NCBI GenBank assembly: GCA_046533775.1
Contig: JAWDOO010000016.1
Span: 1 to 6,114, forward strand
Length of the DNA: 6,114 bases
Source of the DNA: Candidatus Nanopusillus sp.
Lineage (GTDB): Archaea; Nanobdellota; Nanobdellia; Nanobdellales; Nanobdellaceae
Reading direction: 5' to 3'
Shown: positions 4,443-6,114 of the stretch, piece after piece
How the letters are laid out: every line of letters begins with the position of its first letter
How positions within the stretch are numbered: position 1 is the stretch's first letter
The notes under the pieces: generated by a model
What the model was told of the DNA's origin: nothing
Database searches by the model: none
Seen by the model: only the letters and a program-made list of their open reading frames with translations
Made by a program: the position numbers and the translations under genes

Positions 4443-5821
4443 ACAATAGATTTTTATCTTATATAGAAGAGATATCTAATAGAATAAATAAGTCAGTAGA
4501 AAATAATCAAAATTTTTTAATTATATCTTCATTAAATCCTGATGGTTTATCTTCATCAATATTTTTATTAAAATATTTATATGAAAAAAATTCTGAAGTT
4601 CATCTAACATTTTTAGATTATATAAGCAAAAAAGAAATTAATAATTTATTTTTAGGTGAAAGTGGGTATGAATATGATAACATAATATTTTTAGATACTG
4701 GATCTATATTTTCAGATGATGTAATAAAATTAAATAAAGATTTAAATAAAAAGATATATATAATAGATCATCATTTTTTATCAATAAAAGATATTGAATT
4801 AAATAATGTTGTAAATCTTAACCCAAATATTTTTAATTTAGATGGATATAAAGAAATATCTACATCAAATATATTATATTATTTATATCAAAGCTTAAAT
4901 CCATATGATAAAAATATTTTATATTTATCATTAGTTGGAAATTTATATGACTTTGATAAACCAAATAATGAAATATTAAATGAATTAATTGATAGAGAAA
5001 TATTATTAAAATATACTGGAATAGATCTTCCAGGTATATTTACAAAACCTTTATATAAAGTATTAAGCTCTCCATTTAATTTTTATATTCCAAACATTAC
5101 TGGAAGTGATGAAAAAGCTTTAGAATTAGTAAAGGAATTAAATATAAAGGATAAAGGAACTGCTGGTATATTTTATATAGATTTATCTGAAGAAGATATT
5201 AAAAAAATAGTTAGTAATATAATAAAATTAAAGTTAAAGTATAATTTACAAAGAACTGACGATTTAATAGGCGAAATATATAAGATTAATAAAAATGAAG
5301 AGATTGGAGATTTATTAGAATTATTATATAATATTGAAGGATTAATTGAAAATAATAAAATAGAAGGGATATTATATTTCATTAAAAAATATAATATTGA
5401 TATTTTAAGAGAATCTGAAAATAATTTAAGATTACAATTTTCAAAATTATTATATGATATAATAAATAATAATGTACAGATAAAAGATGAAAATGGATTA
5501 AAAATAATAACAATTGAGAAAAATTATGGAAACGGATATTTTTTATCTTTATTATTAAATCTTCTAATTAGAGAAAATATAATAAATGGAAAGGTTATTA
5601 TTTTATTATATAAAATAAATAATTTTTATAGAGGAATAATTAAGACAAATAAAGATGAAAATAAAAAATTAATAAATAATATATTGAAAAAGTTATTCGA
5701 TAATAATATAATTTATTATTCTAGTTTTGATAATTTTGGAGGTTTTTTATTAGATATAAATAATTATGAGGAATTTATTAAAAAATTAAAAATAAATTTA
5801 AGACAAGAAAATATTATATAA
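4439..5821 (+). CDS. RecJ-like DHH-family protein (archaeal Cdc45/GAN homologue) with partly degenerate catalytic motifs
   Basis: 460 aa. DHH motif II (IIFLDTGS, D86) and motif III (IYIIDHHF, D110-H111-H112) are present. ITGSDEKALELVKEL matches the ITGDERKAIEWL segment of Thermococcus GAN as I recall it. Motif I reads SSLNPDG instead of H-x-D-x-DG. The DHHA1 GGGH position reads FGGF (res 433-436). The ATG overlaps the rps15 stop (ATGA). Confidence 0.8.
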   Translation: MNNRFLSYIEEISNRINKSVENNQNFLIISSLNPDGLSSSIFLLKYLYEKNSEVHLTFLDYISKKEINNLFLGESGYEYDNIIFLDTGSIFSDDVIKLNKDLNKKIYIIDHHFLSIKDIELNNVVNLNPNIFNLDGYKEISTSNILYYLYQSLNPYDKNILYLSLVGNLYDFDKPNNEILNELIDREILLKYTGIDLPGIFTKPLYKVLSSPFNFYIPNITGSDEKALELVKELNIKDKGTAGIFYIDLSEEDIKKIVSNIIKLKLKYNLQRTDDLIGEIYKINKNEEIGDLLELLYNIEGLIENNKIEGILYFIKKYNIDILRESENNLRLQFSKLLYDIINNNVQIKDENGLKIITIEKNYGNGYFLSLLLNLLIRENIINGKVIILLYKINNFYRGIIKTNKDENKKLINNILKKLFDNNIIYYSSFDNFGGFLLDINNYEEFIKKLKINLRQENII

Positions 5822-6114
5822 TTTTCTTTTCATTTAATCTATAAAATCCTTTCTTTAATATTTTTCTAATTATATATCTTTTATTTAATCCACCCAATCT
5901 AATTGCAGCCTTCCTTAAGCTCCCGCTTTCAATTAAAATATTTAATAATTTTCTTTCCTTTTCATTCAATTTCTCATCATATTTTAATATTAATTTTGCT
6001 AATTCAATTAGATCAATCTTTTTTCCACCCCATGCAAATTCCTCAGAAGATATATTATTTATTATTTCTATAGGTTCAAATTCTATAATTGCAACCTCTC
6101 TATTTAAATCTAAC
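5814..6114 (-). CDS. Hypothetical protein with a C-terminal helix-turn-helix; only the C-terminal 99 codons are present (runs off the right edge); not in the supplied ORF track
   Basis: The minus-strand frame is open from 6113 down to the TAA stop at 5816..5814: ...EFAWGGKKIDLIELAKLILKYDEKLNEKERKLLNILIESGSLRKAAIRLGGLNKRYIIRKILKKGFYRLNEKKII*. LNEKERKLLNILIESGSLRKAAIRLGGLNKRYIIRKILKK has the layout of LuxR/sigma-70-region-4/Tfx-type HTH domains (L-x-x-x-E-x-x-L-x-L-x-x-x-G-S-x-x-x-A-A-x-x-LG). The HTH codons form a locally GC-richer patch. A 99-codon open frame is unlikely by chance at this AT content. Confidence 0.6.
   Translation of the reverse strand, partial: LDLNREVAIIEFEPIEIINNISSEEFAWGGKKIDLIELAKLILKYDEKLNEKERKLLNILIESGSLRKAAIRLGGLNKRYIIRKILKKGFYRLNEKKII

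Noticed and set aside
4258-4446. 62-aa minus-strand ORF from the supplied track
   Set aside because: It is antisense to the conserved core of rps15. The translation is a Leu/Phe/Tyr shadow of Lys/Glu-rich sense codons, so I regard it as spurious.
5106-5112. C-box-like GUGAUGA on the plus strand. Similar hits are AUGAUGA on the minus strand at 5974..5980 and UUGAUGA near 3950.
   Set aside because: All lie inside well-supported coding regions and lack a CUGA box at the required ~12-nt spacing or a matching C'/D' pair. I treat them as chance matches.
5173-5382. 69-aa minus-strand ORF from the supplied track
   Set aside because: It is antisense within the RecJ-like gene and has low-complexity Ile/Leu/Ser/Asn content. 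There is no independent support.
1-6114. Search for CRISPR repeats, tRNA/rRNA genes, IS/transposon ends, integrase or toxin-antitoxin genes
   Set aside because: I saw no regularly spaced direct repeats and no GC-rich cloverleaf-sized islands. The only GC-enriched patches are the sRNA guide and the HTH codons. I also saw no terminal inverted repeats or mobile-element ORFs, and the window is almost fully occupied by the genes listed.

Overview
This is a very AT-rich, tightly packed archaeal locus. By eye GC is about a quarter or less, coding density is near 95%, and neighbouring genes often overlap by 4-11 nt. Gene content and composition suggest a small, reduced archaeal genome, possibly DPANN/Nanoarchaeota-like; that placement is inference only. 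From left to right I see: (1) a truncated minus-strand ORF (1..202), absent from the supplied track, encoding a signal/anchor-bearing N-terminus. (2) A 604-aa Asn/Tyr-rich, almost uncharged surface protein with two tandem LamG/concanavalin-A-like segments (192..2006, -). (3) A SecF-like six-TM protein (2060..2938, +). (4) Archease (2935..3393, -). (5) A canonical C/D box sRNA hidden in the 118-bp archease/PEBP spacer (about 3421..3475, -). (6) A PEBP/YbhB-family protein (3512..4018, +). (7) Ribosomal protein uS15 (4050..4442, +). (8) A translationally coupled RecJ/Cdc45(GAN)-like DHH protein with partly degenerate catalytic motifs (4439..5821, +). (9) A second unlisted partial minus-strand ORF with a C-terminal helix-turn-helix (5814..6114). 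The points most worth follow-up are the unannotated C/D box guide RNA, the overlapping pair of surface proteins with paralogous N-terminal signals, and the degenerate RecJ/Cdc45 homologue. I found no CRISPR array, tRNA, rRNA or mobile element. All family assignments rest on motif recognition by eye; no searches were run.
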